From Microcoleus sp. (GTDB lineage: Bacteria; Cyanobacteriota; Cyanobacteriia; Cyanobacteriales; Microcoleaceae): a stretch of DNA of 64,000 nt. The stretch is from assembly GCA_042408215.1 (NCBI GenBank), contig JAYFMW010000003.1, positions 96,001-160,000 of the forward strand, written 5' to 3'. Position numbers and translations under genes: made by a program. Positions 1 to 12,100 of this stretch are shown piece after piece (the first letter of the stretch is position 1; every line of letters begins with the position of its first letter). The notes beneath the pieces were generated by a model. It had not been told where the DNA came from and did no database searches. It saw only the letters and a program-made list of their open reading frames with translations.

Positions 1-939
1 AATCGAAATCTTCAGCAGGGACAATCGGATTCAAACTTATCGGGCGATCGACAAGCAATGCTTGATAGTGGAAATAAATATATTGCCTTGTTTAACGAAT
101 TCCAACGGGCTTATCCTAACTTAGCAATGACCGGACCGACTCCTGTGGATATTCCTTATCCGACAGCAGCTTGCTCGCAACAGCTCGAAGGAGTAGCAGT
201 TTTCGGAGCTGTTGTCAACCCCCAAGGAGCGATCGTTGCTAGCCCTAGAACGATCGTCCCGACGGATTATGGTATTCTCGACAAGGCCGCTGAAACTGCG
301 ATTATTAACCCTTCTCTAATATTTCCACCAGCCAGCACGCACAAGCTTTACCAATTGACTGTCGCCTTTAAATACGACCCGAAAATCTGCGGCGGAACTC
401 CTCTAGCCCCACGTACTGCTCCCACTGAGCCAAAACCAGCAGGCCAACAGTCGCTACCAACCGCCCCGACTGAAGAAGTGAAACCGCAGTTTGAGAAGCC
501 TCCCGCAGCCCCAAACAAACCAAAACCAGGGGCCCAACAGTCGCCGTCACCTCAACCAAAACCAGCCGCCGAACCGTCGCCAGCACCAGAACCAAAACCA
601 GGGGCCACACAGTCGCCAGCACCAGAACCAAAACCAGGGGCCACACAGTCGCCAGCACCAGAACCAAAACCAGCCACCGAACCGTCGCCGTCGCCTAAAC
701 CAGCGCCCTCTCCCGCCGCCGAACCGTCACCTGCGCCAGAAGTTGCGCCCTCTCCCGCCGCCGAACCGTCGCCACCTGAAGCAGCACCAACTCCCACCGC
801 CGAAGAGTCGCCGTCGCCAGAAGTTGCGCCTGCTCCCGCCGCCGAACCGTCGCCGTCGCCAGAAGTTGCGCCTGCTCCCGCCGCCGAACCGTCGCCGTCG
901 CCAGAAGTTGCGCCTGCTCCCGCAGCTACCGAAAATTAA
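1..939 (+). CDS. TonB C-terminal domain-like protein with Pro/Ala/Glu-rich tail (5'-truncated by window edge)
   Basis: Frame is open from base 1. YPTAAC...EGVAVFGAVVNPQGAI...YGILDKAA resembles TonB_C and is followed by PEPKP/AEPSPSP repeats. Confidence 0.65.
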   Translation, partial: NRNLQQGQSDSNLSGDRQAMLDSGNKYIALFNEFQRAYPNLAMTGPTPVDIPYPTAACSQQLEGVAVFGAVVNPQGAIVASPRTIVPTDYGILDKAAETAIINPSLIFPPASTHKLYQLTVAFKYDPKICGGTPLAPRTAPTEPKPAGQQSLPTAPTEEVKPQFEKPPAAPNKPKPGAQQSPSPQPKPAAEPSPAPEPKPGATQSPAPEPKPGATQSPAPEPKPATEPSPSPKPAPSPAAEPSPAPEVAPSPAAEPSPPEAAPTPTAEESPSPEVAPAPAAEPSPSPEVAPAPAAEPSPSPEVAPAPAATEN

Positions 940-1110
940 TGGTTAATTGGGAATTGGGAATCGGTAATGGGTAATATGATGTCCGGTTAATTACCGATAA
1001 TAAAATTGGTTTGTAGTCAGGAATTGAGTCCTTATTAACTAACAGCTTTCTTAGGTAATGTCGTCCTCACTATCAACTCCAGAATGGTGATATAGCAGAA
1101 GTCAGAACTC

Positions 1111-1221
1111 ATACAGCGAAAACCGCTGTTATGAGGTACACCCACTTATCGTTCAATCCTCCTAGGGACACTCCAAGAGCCGTGTCCCTACCGTGTTTCA
1201 TAACAGCGGGAACTGCTGTAT
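1111..1221. repeat. Dispersed palindromic (REP/MITE-like) element
   Basis: Internal hairpin tagggacactccaagagccgtgtcccta; a near-identical inverted copy lies at about 6628-6737. Confidence 0.75.
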
Positions 1222-1509
1222 CGTTTACGGTTGCACCGGAATGATTTAACTCTTCTAGGGCGCAGAGGGCGCAGAGTCTCCAGAAGAGAGAGATGAATAA
1301 TTCCGATCCCAACGGATTTGAGATCAGAGGGAAGGCACTCTCAGAGATTTTGACAGGGATACACGGATTAATTATCGAGGGTGAATCAGATGTTGAAGTC
1401 AGAAGTCAGAAGTCAGAAAAATAATTCAACTTTTTAAATTGCCCAATTCCCCATTCCCAATTCCCCATTCCCAATTCTCCATTCTCCATTCCCCATCCCC
1501 CCGCTCGGA

Positions 1510-2247
1510 TCAATTGTATTTAACTTTATACATTTGGAACAGTTCGCCGCTCTGCTTTTTGACTATTTTAGCGCCAGCATTTTTAATCAATTTTTCCCAG
1601 TCTTCAATTGTCTCTAAAAATACTTCGCCGGCTCGATAAGTTTCTAAAATTGCCCAATCTTCCGCGAGGGGAGCTTCGGGGTTGAGGACATCAAAAACTA
1701 AGTGACCTTCTGGTTTTAAAACTCGCTTGACTTCTCCCATGACTATCTTCCAATAGTCGATCGGAAAATAACAACTAAAGCCTGTAGCTATGCACAAATC
1801 GAACTGAGCCTCCTCATAATTCAATTGGTGAGCGGGGGCCCATTCTACGCCTTTAAACAGCTTAGAATTGAGCTGAGGGCCGCGAGCGTTCAAGGCGTCT
1901 CTGGCGGCGCTGCTGATTTCCTGACCGTAAAAAAATGCTTCCCAGTCTCGCCAAGGGTAGATTAAAAAGCTGACTCCGCAGCCCAGATCTAAACAGCGCT
2001 GATTTTTTTGAGGTTTGGCAATTTGCCAGAAGGGAGAAACTGTTTTAGCTTGCAGAGTGCCCGCGACTGATTCCCGAAATATCGGCATTGCTTCTACTTC
2101 TTCGGGTAAAGCGAAAGCTTCTCCTCGGTATTCGCGATCGAACCGGGAAGCAACCTGTGACAGTAAAACTTGCCAGCTATCTGATTTTCCCAGAGCAAAC
2201 CAAGTTTGCTCTGGGCCTGCTGCTGGACGTTCGGACTTTTTAGACAT
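1510..2247 (-). CDS. Class I SAM-dependent methyltransferase
   Basis: Motif I CLDLGCG, then FDLCIA and RVLKPEG motifs. Confidence 0.9.
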   Translation of the reverse strand: MSKKSERPAAGPEQTWFALGKSDSWQVLLSQVASRFDREYRGEAFALPEEVEAMPIFRESVAGTLQAKTVSPFWQIAKPQKNQRCLDLGCGVSFLIYPWRDWEAFFYGQEISSAARDALNARGPQLNSKLFKGVEWAPAHQLNYEEAQFDLCIATGFSCYFPIDYWKIVMGEVKRVLKPEGHLVFDVLNPEAPLAEDWAILETYRAGEVFLETIEDWEKLIKNAGAKIVKKQSGELFQMYKVKYN

Positions 2248-2254
2248 TCTGGAA

Positions 2255-2452
2255 TTACCTTTTGGAGGCTTTGAGTGCCTTTGTAAAGTTTTCGCGATAG
2301 GGCTTATTAAAAATTAATGCTGGCCACAGCAGCGACAGCTTCAACCGATTTGGAAAACTTCTGTTGAAGTTGGTGCGATCGAAACCGTTCCAAAATTTCC
2401 AAATACCGCCGCCGTAAGCGATCAGCAATGCCAAGCTAATTAACGTACTCAT
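2255..2452 (-). CDS. Small membrane protein, hypothetical
   Basis: 65 aa with a hydrophobic N-terminus; ends 7 bp before the methyltransferase start, suggesting an operon. Confidence 0.7.
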   Translation of the reverse strand: MSTLISLALLIAYGGGIWKFWNGFDRTNFNRSFPNRLKLSLLWPALIFNKPYRENFTKALKASKR

Positions 2453-2859
2453 TTAAAAAACCCCTAAGCAATGGATAGGATTTTGGGTCAGCTCGTCAAA
2501 GCGTTACCCTTAATCTATCATTTCTCAGACCGAAAGCAATTTGGTCTCCAGCTCCCGGATTCATTCCTTCCTAGACTCGGACGGAGCCAGAAAACTGCTC
2601 CGCATCCCGATCGCCAGCCCCGCATTCATCCGTGGGCTGAATCTCAAATCTCAAATCTTAAATCGGCTGACGCTGACGCTGACTAATTTGAACAGCGATC
2701 GGTAGCACTCGCTACCGGGGATCAACTGGCTTCCCAAGATTTCGGAGACTCACGGATAATAATTAATTAAGAGCTGATAGCTGACGGCTGACCCAACAAT
2801 TTGAGATTTTCATTCGAGTTAAAAATAATTAGGAGTGCTTTTTAAGCCAGGAGGATTTT

Positions 2860-5403
2860 ATGCGTGCAGTGCTGATGGCTGGGGGGTCGGGAACGAGGCT
2901 CAGACCCCTGACTTGCGATTTGCCCAAACCGATGGTCCCAATTTTAAATCGCCCGATCGCAGAACACATTATCAATTTGCTCAAAAGGCATGATATTACG
3001 GAAATTATTGCCACACTGCACTATCTTCCCGATGTCATGCGCGAATACTTTGGTGACGGCAGCGAGTTTGGCGTCCAAATGACTTACGCTGTAGAGGAAG
3101 ACCAACCTCTCGGCACCGCAGGCTGTGTCAAAAATATTGCGGAATTGCTCGATCGAACTTTCCTGGTAATTAGTGGCGACAGTATCACAGATTTCGACTT
3201 GACGGCTGCTCTGCAATTTCACCGCAGCCAGGAATCCAAAGCCACGTTAATTTTAACTCGCGTTCCCAACCCGATGGAATTCGGAGTGGTGATTACCGAC
3301 GAAAATTACCGGATCGGTCGCTTTCTGGAAAAGCCCTCCAGCAGCGAAATTTTCTCCGATACTGTCAATACCGGCATCTACATTTTAGAACCGGAAGTCT
3401 TGGACTACCTGCCGGCCACTCAAGAGTGCGATTTCTCAAAAGACTTGTTTCCCTTGCTGCTGGAAAAAGGCGAGCCGATGTATGGCTACATCGCCGAGGG
3501 TTACTGGTGCGATGTCGGCCAGCTAGATGTCTACCGAGAAGCTCAGTACGATGCTCTCCAGTCCAAGGTCAAACTGGATTTGAGCTACTACGACCAAGTG
3601 CAATCGGGAATATGGGTGGGTCAGAATACTTTTATTGACGATAGCGCGATCGTGGAAGTACCCGCCATGATCGGCAACAACTGCCGCATTGGAGCTAGAG
3701 TCAAAATCGAAGCTGGTACCGTGATCGGAGATAACGTCACCGTCGGCGCCGACGCCAACCTCAAACGTCCTATAGTCTGGAACGGAGCAATTATCGGCGA
3801 AGACGCTCATCTCAGGGCCTGCGTGATTTGTCGGAGCACCCGCGTAGACAGGCGCGCTCACATATTGGAAGGTGCTGTTGTGGGTTCGATGTCAATCGTC
3901 GGAGAAGAAGCGCAAGTCGGGCCAAGCGTCCGCGTCTGGCCGAGCAAAAATATTGAATCCGGCGCTTTGTTAAATCATAATTTAATTTGGGGAGAGCAAG
4001 CTAAGCGGAATTTGTTTGGTCAGCGGGGCGTTCAAGGACTGGCAAATATTGATATTACCCCGGAATTTGCGGTGAAATTGGGCGCGGCTTACGGCTCGAC
4101 TTTGAAACCGGGGTCTTCGGTATCGGTTTCTCGCGATCAGCGGAGCATTTCGCGGATGGTTTCTAGGTCCTTGATTGCTGGTTTGATGTCCGTGGGAATT
4201 AGTGTGGTCAATTTGGAATCGACGGCAATTCCGATCGCGCGATCGGTTTCATGTACTTTATCAGTGGCTGGCGGCATTCACGTTCGCATTTCGCCCGATC
4301 GTTCCGACCACATTTTAATTGAATTCTTCGATATCAAAGGCATCAATATTACTAAAGCGGTGGAGAAGAAAATCGAGGGCGCTTATTTTAAGGAAGATTT
4401 GCGACGGGCGCTAATTCCTGAAATTGGGGAAATGTCGTACTTTGACCAATCTCTTGAGGTTTACTCCCGCACCTTTGAGCGGCAGATGAATGTTGACGCA
4501 ATTCGCTACAGCAATTCTAAGGTGGTAATCGATTACGTTTACGCGGTTTCCGGGGCATTTCTGCCACAAATACTGGCTAAGTTTGGCTGCGATGCGGTGG
4601 TGCTCAATGCCAGTCTCAAACAAAGTTCTCTGAGCCACGGGGAGCGGGAATATTTGCTCGACCAACTCGGCCGGGTGGTGAAAGCTCTCAGCGCTAATTT
4701 TGGGGTGCAAGTTTCAGCCAATGGCGAACAGCTAATTTTGGTAGACGAATCTGGAATAGCGATTCGGGGGGAAATGCTGACGGCGCTGATGGTAAATTTG
4801 ATGCTGACTTCTCATCCCAGAGGTACAGTGGTAGTACCAGTAAATGCCTCTTCTGCGGTAGAGGCGATCGCCCGTCGCTACCAAAGCAAGGTCATCCGCA
4901 CTAAGGCGAACCCAACTGCTTTGATGGAAGCCGCTCACGGGAATCCTAATGTGGTTTTGGGCGGCAGTGGCAATATGGGTTTTATTTTCCCACAATTGCA
5001 TCCCGGATTTGACGGTATGTTCTGCATTGCTAAAGTGATCGAAATGATGACGATTCAGGAGCGATCGCTCGGACAAATTAAGGCTGAACTTCCCCGCGTC
5101 ACTCACCGCAGTTACAGCGTCCGTTGTCCTTGGATGGTCAAGGGTTCGCTGATGCGATATTTAGTAGAAACTCATTCGCCCGATCGTCTAGAATTAGTAG
5201 ATGGAGTCAAGATTTTCAACTATGACAATGACAATTGGATATTAGTTTTGCCCGATGCTAGCGAACCCATCGTGCACATCTTCGCCAACAGCGACGACCG
5301 AGATTGGGTAGCTGAAACTTTGAAGGAGTACCGCGCCCTTGTCCACGATTTTGTCACCAAAACTGAGGCTGCGGTGCGCCAAAATAAATTAGGTAATGGG
5401 TAA
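2860..5403 (+). CDS. Mannose-1-phosphate guanylyltransferase / phosphomannomutase-like fusion
   Basis: [12 protein letters not shown]...PKPMVP NTP-transferase domain, hexapeptide LbH region and C-terminal PGM/PMM-like domains; GGAGGA RBS. Confidence 0.93.
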   Translation: MRAVLMAGGSGTRLRPLTCDLPKPMVPILNRPIAEHIINLLKRHDITEIIATLHYLPDVMREYFGDGSEFGVQMTYAVEEDQPLGTAGCVKNIAELLDRTFLVISGDSITDFDLTAALQFHRSQESKATLILTRVPNPMEFGVVITDENYRIGRFLEKPSSSEIFSDTVNTGIYILEPEVLDYLPATQECDFSKDLFPLLLEKGEPMYGYIAEGYWCDVGQLDVYREAQYDALQSKVKLDLSYYDQVQSGIWVGQNTFIDDSAIVEVPAMIGNNCRIGARVKIEAGTVIGDNVTVGADANLKRPIVWNGAIIGEDAHLRACVICRSTRVDRRAHILEGAVVGSMSIVGEEAQVGPSVRVWPSKNIESGALLNHNLIWGEQAKRNLFGQRGVQGLANIDITPEFAVKLGAAYGSTLKPGSSVSVSRDQRSISRMVSRSLIAGLMSVGISVVNLESTAIPIARSVSCTLSVAGGIHVRISPDRSDHILIEFFDIKGINITKAVEKKIEGAYFKEDLRRALIPEIGEMSYFDQSLEVYSRTFERQMNVDAIRYSNSKVVIDYVYAVSGAFLPQILAKFGCDAVVLNASLKQSSLSHGEREYLLDQLGRVVKALSANFGVQVSANGEQLILVDESGIAIRGEMLTALMVNLMLTSHPRGTVVVPVNASSAVEAIARRYQSKVIRTKANPTALMEAAHGNPNVVLGGSGNMGFIFPQLHPGFDGMFCIAKVIEMMTIQERSLGQIKAELPRVTHRSYSVRCPWMVKGSLMRYLVETHSPDRLELVDGVKIFNYDNDNWILVLPDASEPIVHIFANSDDRDWVAETLKEYRALVHDFVTKTEAAVRQNKLGNG

Positions 5404-5606
5404 TGGGTAATGGGTAATGGGTAATGGGTAATTGTTGACGGTTGACGGTTGACGGTTGTCAATTGTCATTAGTTACCAATTCCCAATTCCCAATTCCCAA
5501 TTCCCAATTCCCAATTCCCAATTCCCAATTCCCGATGCCCAATTCCCAATTCCCAATTCCCAACTCCCAATTCCCAATTCCCAACTCCCAATACCCAATT
5601 CCCATT
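5392..5606. repeat. STRR heptamer arrays (GGTAATG)n, (GTTGACG)n, (TTCCCAA)n
   Basis: Tandem 7-mers visible between the two genes. Confidence 0.9.
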
Positions 5607-5611
5607 ACGTT

Positions 5612-6169
5612 ATGAATAGCTTCATTTTGATGGCGGAAATAATTCAACAACCGCAACTCCGTTATACTCCAGACAATCAACTTCAGATAGCTGAAATGCT
5701 GGTGCAGTTTCCAGGCCCAAAACCAGAAGATCCACCGGAACATTTGAAGGTGATAGGATGGGGCAATTTGGCAGTGGAAATTCACGATAAATATCACGAG
5801 GGCGATCGCGTGATTATTGAAGGCCGACTGGGCATGAATACGATCGAAAGAGATGGTATTAAAGAAAAGCGTGCTGAACTCACAGCTCAAAAAATTTATA
5901 GTCTCGACGCCAATGCAATGAGTTCGGTTCCTGCAAGTAGAACCATCTCGGAACCAGCTCAAATTCGCGACATTGCGCCTCCGACAGTGCCTAGCAATGT
6001 GGTACCTTTAGGCTCCCGAAACCGCAGTTCTAGCAGCGCTCCAGGAGGCGCTAACCGCACTTCTAGCTCTGATTGGAACTCCCATCAGTCTCCAAATTCA
6101 GAGTCCGATCGCCCGTCAACTTCCTCTAAGGAAGCTGACAACCCCGATTACGATCCAATTCCGTTTTAA
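5612..6169 (+). CDS. Single-stranded DNA-binding protein (cyanobacterial SSB-like)
   Basis: [21 protein letters not shown]...WGNLA...[12 protein letters not shown]-fold with acidic C-terminal DYDPIPF. Start set at ATG 5612 because the upstream extension is translated STRR. Confidence 0.88.
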   Translation: MNSFILMAEIIQQPQLRYTPDNQLQIAEMLVQFPGPKPEDPPEHLKVIGWGNLAVEIHDKYHEGDRVIIEGRLGMNTIERDGIKEKRAELTAQKIYSLDANAMSSVPASRTISEPAQIRDIAPPTVPSNVVPLGSRNRSSSSAPGGANRTSSSDWNSHQSPNSESDRPSTSSKEADNPDYDPIPF

Positions 6170-6275
6170 CTCACATCACCATTCTCCATCAGCCTTTCAT
6201 AGCAAATCCGGTTGCATCGGAATGATTAAACCGCGAAGACGCGAAGAGCGCGAAGGAAGAACAGAATCTGCTTAT

Positions 6276-6570
6276 AAGAAATACCCTGAAAACCCTGCGA
6301 CTTTAGTCCAGGGATGAAAGGGCGTTGCAGGATTTATCCTGCCTGCCCCATCTTGACAAACCGATTTTGGTTTGATCGAGTTGTTGAAACCTAGTTGGTG
6401 AAAAACCCGACAGTTGCAAGCCGTTAGACACCAAAGTAGCCATAGACTCAGCAACTCGCTGTGTGGGTAGCGGGTATCTGACTTACCCTTTAAGAACCGA
6501 AGTTTGGGTGGATTCATCCCCCAAAGTTTGTCCTTAAGAATCCCCGCGTCTTCAGACCGGGGAGTGTCAA
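6276..6570 (+). mobile_element. Non-autonomous IS200/IS605-derived element (PATE-like, 295 bp)
   Basis: TTAT target, left-end hairpin AAAA-ccctgcgactttagtccaggg and right end GAAT-ccccgcgtcttcagaccgggg-agtgTCAA; no protein gene. Confidence 0.8.
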
Positions 6571-6627
6571 TTCTCTTTCTTCGTGTTCGCGTGCCTCGCG
6601 GTTCATTTAATCTTACGACCTATTAGT

Positions 6628-6737
6628 TACAGCAGATTCCACACTTATGAAGTACGGTAGGGACACGGCTCTTGGAGTGTCCCTAGGAGGGTTGATCGAT
6701 AAGTTGGTGTACCTCATAACAGCGGAAACCGCTGTAT
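6628..6737. repeat. Inverted copy of the 1111-1221 palindromic repeat
   Basis: gtagggacacggctcttggagtgtccctaggag...gtgtacctcataacagcgg is the reverse complement of the first copy. Confidence 0.75.
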
Positions 6738-6945
6738 TATTCCGATGCAACCGGAATTGAGATCGCGGGCGGGCTCTCCAGCCCCCCCCACAAGAAAACT
6801 CAGTCTTTGTGGAACAGGCATCTTGCCTGTTCTTGAGTAAGCTTTTGATGGGCGAGCAAGGATGGTTGGGATATTCTTAATCGCTGAAACTATGACGATT
6901 ATTGCTTCTTCCTTCTTCCGACTTCCATCAGACTGCTTCCTTCTC

Positions 6946-7626
6946 CTATAATTCTGCCCGCACAATTTCCACCCCAAACACTTCTGCAAACTCAGCCACA
7001 ACGATCGCCCGAACGCGATCGACCCCTATTCCCGGAATAAACTGCTCCAAACTCCCCACAGGTCGATCGGGAATCCCGCAAGGTACAATCTGCCCAAAAC
7101 CTTCGAGATTCGGACAAACATTTAAGGCAAAACCGTGCATAGTAATCCAGCGGCTGACCTTAATCCCGATCGCACCTACTTTCCGCCCATCCACCCAAAC
7201 ACCAGTCATACCCGGAACCCGTGCCCCCTTCAGCCCCAAAACATCCAACACCCTCAGCAGCACTTCCTCCAACTGTCGCAAATACCAATGCAAATCCTGC
7301 TGATGACGGCGCAAATTTAAAATCGGATAGCCCACCAATTGACCCGGACAATGGTAAGTCACCTCACCACCCCGTTCAACTCGGTGCAATTGGGGCCCAG
7401 TTTCGCCCTGGTCAAATTTCACAAATTCCAACTTCGCTCCCTGTCCCAAGGTGTAAACCGGCGGATGTTCCAGTAAAATTAGGACATCGGGCAAATCTGG
7501 ATTGTCACGACGCTCTAGCACTAGCTTTTGCTGAGCTTCCCAAGCTTTGGAGTAGGGGACAAGTCCCCAGTCAAGGAGCCAGCAGGGCTGAGGGATCAGA
7601 GGTTTAGGGAGGATAGTGGAAATCAT
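6946..7626 (-). CDS. lipB: Lipoyl(octanoyl) transferase
   Basis: [40 protein letters not shown] and IVPCG motifs. Confidence 0.96.
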   Translation of the reverse strand: MISTILPKPLIPQPCWLLDWGLVPYSKAWEAQQKLVLERRDNPDLPDVLILLEHPPVYTLGQGAKLEFVKFDQGETGPQLHRVERGGEVTYHCPGQLVGYPILNLRRHQQDLHWYLRQLEEVLLRVLDVLGLKGARVPGMTGVWVDGRKVGAIGIKVSRWITMHGFALNVCPNLEGFGQIVPCGIPDRPVGSLEQFIPGIGVDRVRAIVVAEFAEVFGVEIVRAEL

Positions 7627-7777
7627 GGAAAAAAATCTAGAGTGTTTTTACGGAATATTGACGCAGTGAAAATCAAGAATTGTCAACAGATCAAAAAGAT
7701 TTTGAAAATAAGTGTTTTGTAGCATACAAAGTGCTATTGTATAAACTATACCCACGTTAGAGAAGGGAGGGAGCTCT

Positions 7778-8431
7778 ATGAAGCTTGTTATCCAGGGTAA
7801 AAATATAGAAATCACCGATGCGATTCGCGATTACGTCAATCAAAAGGTTGAAAAGGCGGTTAGCCATTTTCAAAATTTGACTACGGAAGTGGACATACAT
7901 CTATCGGTGGCTCGTAACCCCAGGATCAATCCTAAGCAGACTGCTGAGGTGACAATTTATGCTAACGGCAGCGTAATTCGGGCTGAAGAAAGCACGGAAA
8001 GCCTTTATGCCAGCATAGATTTGGTTGCCGACAAGATTGCTCGTCAATTGCGGAAATTTAAGGAAAAACGTCAGGACAACAAAACCAATAGCAACGCCAA
8101 AATCGTAGCTGTGGTGGAAGAGCATCCTGTGGCGGCGGATTTGATTGGCGATCGAACTCCCGAACTTCCAGCCGAGGTGGTGCGGACAAAATATTTTGCC
8201 ATGCCTCCGATGACTGTCCAAGAAGCTTTAGAACAATTGCAGATTATCGACCACGATTTTTATATGTTCCGCAATGCGGAAACTGACGAAATCAACGTGC
8301 TTTACGAACGCAAGAGTCACGGTGGCTATGGAGTGATCCAACCCCGCAACGCCAATGGCAACAGTAATAGTAAGAACGGCAAAACTGCCCAAAGCGCTTC
8401 ACCGGAAAAATCAAGTGTTGCGAAGACTTAG
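7778..8431 (+). CDS. hpf: Ribosome hibernation promoting factor (long HPF / LrtA)
   Basis: [20 protein letters not shown]-terminal domain, [11 protein letters not shown] and C-terminal S30AE domain; GGAGG RBS. Confidence 0.95.
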   Translation: MKLVIQGKNIEITDAIRDYVNQKVEKAVSHFQNLTTEVDIHLSVARNPRINPKQTAEVTIYANGSVIRAEESTESLYASIDLVADKIARQLRKFKEKRQDNKTNSNAKIVAVVEEHPVAADLIGDRTPELPAEVVRTKYFAMPPMTVQEALEQLQIIDHDFYMFRNAETDEINVLYERKSHGGYGVIQPRNANGNSNSKNGKTAQSASPEKSSVAKT

Positions 8432-8618
8432 ATAATTGCTATTAGCAAAGAGAGGACTAAAGTTATTACTACAAACCATAGGTTCGTAGTGAAGACTGAA
8501 ATCCTCTCTTTGCCTTACTCTACCTCTTCTCTTCCTCTGTGTTCTCTGCGCTCTCTGCGGTTAAATCATTCCGATCTAATCATAAACGATATGACTTTTG
8601 AAACCTGAAACAGCCCAT

Positions 8619-9077
8619 CTAACTTTTAATAGTTTCCAAAGTTTTGAGCGCTTCTGCAACGTGAGCTTTGAAATCCAACATCGAGTCAAAGATATGTTTG
8701 ACAACACCTTGTTTGTCAATCACATAAGTTACTCTACCGGGCATAATCCACAGTGTAGCTGGAACGCCGTATAATTGACGAACTTTGTTGCCAGTATCGC
8801 TCAAAAGTGTAAAAGGTAACTGATTTTTGGTGACAAATTTCTGGTGAGACTGCTGAGAATCTTCGCTAATCCCAATTACTTCTGCACCTGCGTCTTTGAA
8901 AACTTCGTAACTATCTCGAAAGGCACAAGCTTGTGTTGTGCATCCGGGGGTGTCGTCTTTGGGATAGAAGTAGACGATAACGTTTTTTTGTCCCTTAAAA
9001 TCTTTGAGGCTGACTGATGAGCCGGTTTGAGATGATAAGGTGAAATCCGGTGCGATATCTCCTACTTTGACTGTCAT
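8619..9077 (-). CDS. bcp: Peroxiredoxin Q / BCP
   Basis: YFYPKDDTPGCTTQAC motif; start at MTVKVGDIAPDF. Confidence 0.92.
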   Translation of the reverse strand: MTVKVGDIAPDFTLSSQTGSSVSLKDFKGQKNVIVYFYPKDDTPGCTTQACAFRDSYEVFKDAGAEVIGISEDSQQSHQKFVTKNQLPFTLLSDTGNKVRQLYGVPATLWIMPGRVTYVIDKQGVVKHIFDSMLDFKAHVAEALKTLETIKS

Positions 9078-9174
9078 ATTTTTTGAAGTGAGTTTTGTTG
9101 CTTTTTGGTTATTATACAGTAGTTGGCGGAAGAGGATTTTTAACCGCAGATGCACGCAAATTAACGCAGATGAG

Positions 9175-12100
9175 TTAATTGGCATCTTTTGATAAAATTA
9201 GATTGAGCACGTTCAACTCGTTGGAGCTCATCAGATACTTATCTGTGAACATTTTGGCGCGACTTTGTTCTAAACTGTAGCTTCTAAATACAATGAATGG
9301 GAAGTCTTTGTACTTGTGTCCGATCGGCATTACACTATCTACAGGATAGAGCGATCGCATATAAGCCGACAAAATATCCCGAAACCGCCTGTCTTCCGGT
9401 TCTTCCAGCCCGCTGTCAGCAAAATACTCCTGCATTTCCTCCCCGCTGATGAAAGCAAATAGTGGTATGGCATAATAGCGATCGAACTGTTGGCTGAGTT
9501 GTTCAAAATACTGAGTTTTTTCCACATCGTTATTGAGAAATTGCAATAACTCGATCGCACCTCCTCTTATAGCCGATATTACATTTTCCGGGGACGACTT
9601 GCTATCCCTGATGCGATACATTTTTTGCAGCAACTTCTTCTCTAGACATTCCTTAATTTCCCGATGTAGTCGCATCTGGTAGTTTTCCAGCAAACTTTGA
9701 TTAGCCAGAGGTACTACCAACAAACTACCACAAACATGACCAATCTCTAAATTATCATAACTCAGCAAACCTGCAAGAGGATTGCACTTTTCCAAAAACT
9801 TCTTGTTAAAATCATCTCGCATTTCCAGGTAAGAATCGCCCTTGTGACGCGAGTTATCAGAATTTGTCAAAACAAACTCCCCACGCCCCAAAAGCTCTTC
9901 TAGACTCGTATAAACCTCCTTGAGCAAACTATTTCCTCTGATGCTTTCGCTCTTTAGCGTTTTAATTAGAGAAGCCATCTTGTTACTAAATGTATCTCCC
10001 ACGGCGGAAACCGACTTACCGCCAATGGGAATCATCAAAAACTTGTCCCTACCTAAATAACCATATCCCGAAATTCGCGTCATCACCGCAGTCTTCAGAA
10101 TTAGCAGTAAATTCAACAAACTCAACTTACTTTCTTGTAAGGAAAGTTCTGCATCTGCATCATCAGCGTAATAAACCGCTGTATAAGACACGTAAAAAAG
10201 CAATTCTTTGTCTTCACCATCAAGGGTTTTACCATATTTATCTTCGCCGCGCCCCCGATAAATCACCTGTATCACTTCCATCAGATTTTTCTCAATCTGG
10301 AAGCGGGGAATATCCACTAAAATATGCTTAGTTTTCGGGAAAGACAAGCCGCGACTTCCCGATGCTGTCATAAAGATTACTTGAGCTGTATCTTTGCATT
10401 CTTGTATTTTTTCTTTCTCCTCTTCCGAGATATTTGCATGAATTTCTAGATAATCGGTAAACTGATTAAATTCTCGTTCTTTTTGAATTTTCTCAATCAA
10501 TTCTGCCAATCTTTGCTTGTTTTGAATGTATACTATAATTTGTTCTACACCGGGGATGGCTAATCGCTGATTGATATCCTGAATTATTTCTGATTGTACC
10601 CGGCTTACTAAATTACTATTCTCCTTTAAAGACGCATTTTCATTGTATTTAACAGTTTCTACAAATACCTTGTAAGTTATTTCTAAACTGCGGGCTGGGT
10701 AGGAATTCGCATTAATCACCGTTGCGGCTAGCTTCTTGAATTCAAAAGGAGTGACTTGTAGTGGTTCAATTACATCTGAATTTTTAGGTAACTTCTTGAA
10801 ATAGATTTTATCCGGTTCCGGTGACGTGTTTTCAAGGTGTTGTTTAATCACATCCGAGTCAACAATCGAAGCATCTGCTACAATAATTTTAGTATTAAAA
10901 CCGTGTTTTGCCTCGTGCAATTCATGATTTTTAACAATCTTAGAAATGCCCGCTAAAAACTCAACCCCACCGTCATCTCCTGTAATTTCATCTATCATGA
11001 TGAAAATATGTTTTATGCGGCTGGATATTTCTTGCATCTTAGCGGGAATGACTCTTTTTTCTCGTTTGTTATAAGTATCTTGAAATATCTGTTCTAAATA
11101 ATCAAGGGTACTTTGTCTATTTTCTTTCATCCTTAAAGATTGGATAGAAACCGTAGCTACAATATTGTTAGAAATCTTACAGTTGATCAGGCTATAAATT
11201 CCATTACAAATACTATTTAGCACTCCCATAGTTTTGAGGCTAGCTGGTTCAATTACGGTTTCATTCTTTCTGGCAATTTCTCGCTGGTGGTATTCTTTTA
11301 CCTGAACTTCGGGATTGTCTTTAAGAAAATGAACTGTTTTTTGTTCAAAGTTTTTATCATGACTATTCGAGATATACTTGACTGTGCGCTTTCCCGAATA
11401 GCTGGCGATAATATCGGAGTTTGTGTTAATACAGAATAGCCGATTATCGCACAGCAAACCAGTATTCTTATCTTTGAATTTTTCGATGATATCTAAGTTT
11501 ACTTGCTTGCGGGGACTGACGTATAAGAATAAGAAACCGTCGTTTATATGTGTTTTCAGGAAATTTGCGATCGCAGTTGTTTTCCCAATTCCCGGATTTC
11601 CAGTCAAAAAGATATAAGTTTCATCGGATTGAAGCGCTTTCACAATCAATTGGGCGTGAGCATTTCTCAAATGCAAACCGCGATTTATTTGCAATTTATC
11701 TGCCAGCTTATCTGATATGATATCAATAGAATTCACAAAATCCTCGATTTTTTCTGTATGACATACAGGTTTAGTAAGATTTTTATCAATTGCTAACAGA
11801 GAATCGACAAACTTTCGCCCTCCTTGGAAACTGCGAGCCGCGTTGAGTTGAATTACATCCAAGACTTCGCTGCGAGAGTCACTAATTTCTTTTTTGGTAT
11901 GTTTATTTTTATAAATTTGGGCACAAGTTGCTAATAACTTGAGTTTGTCCTGGCGTAGGGAAATTGTGCTAATATTGCGATCGCCATAACCCACCACATT
12001 AAACAAAACCTCAGCATCTTGTCCAAGGATACCAGTTTGTTGCAGAAATCCATAGAAACTGTGAGCATAGCTACCAGCCTGAATTAACTTCGTGCTTTCC

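Noticed and set aside
368..946. Overlapping ORFs 368-667, 491-946 and 552-797
   Set aside because: Shadow frames of the Pro-rich repeats.
5456..5611. N-terminal extension of the SSB ORF, and minus-strand ORF 5459-5962
   Set aside because: Both are translations of the TTCCCAA heptamer array. The SSB domain starts at 5612.
9078..9185. Long start for the peroxiredoxin overlapping the helicase end
   Set aside because: The extension crosses a dispersed repeat; the PrxQ sequence begins at ATG 9077.
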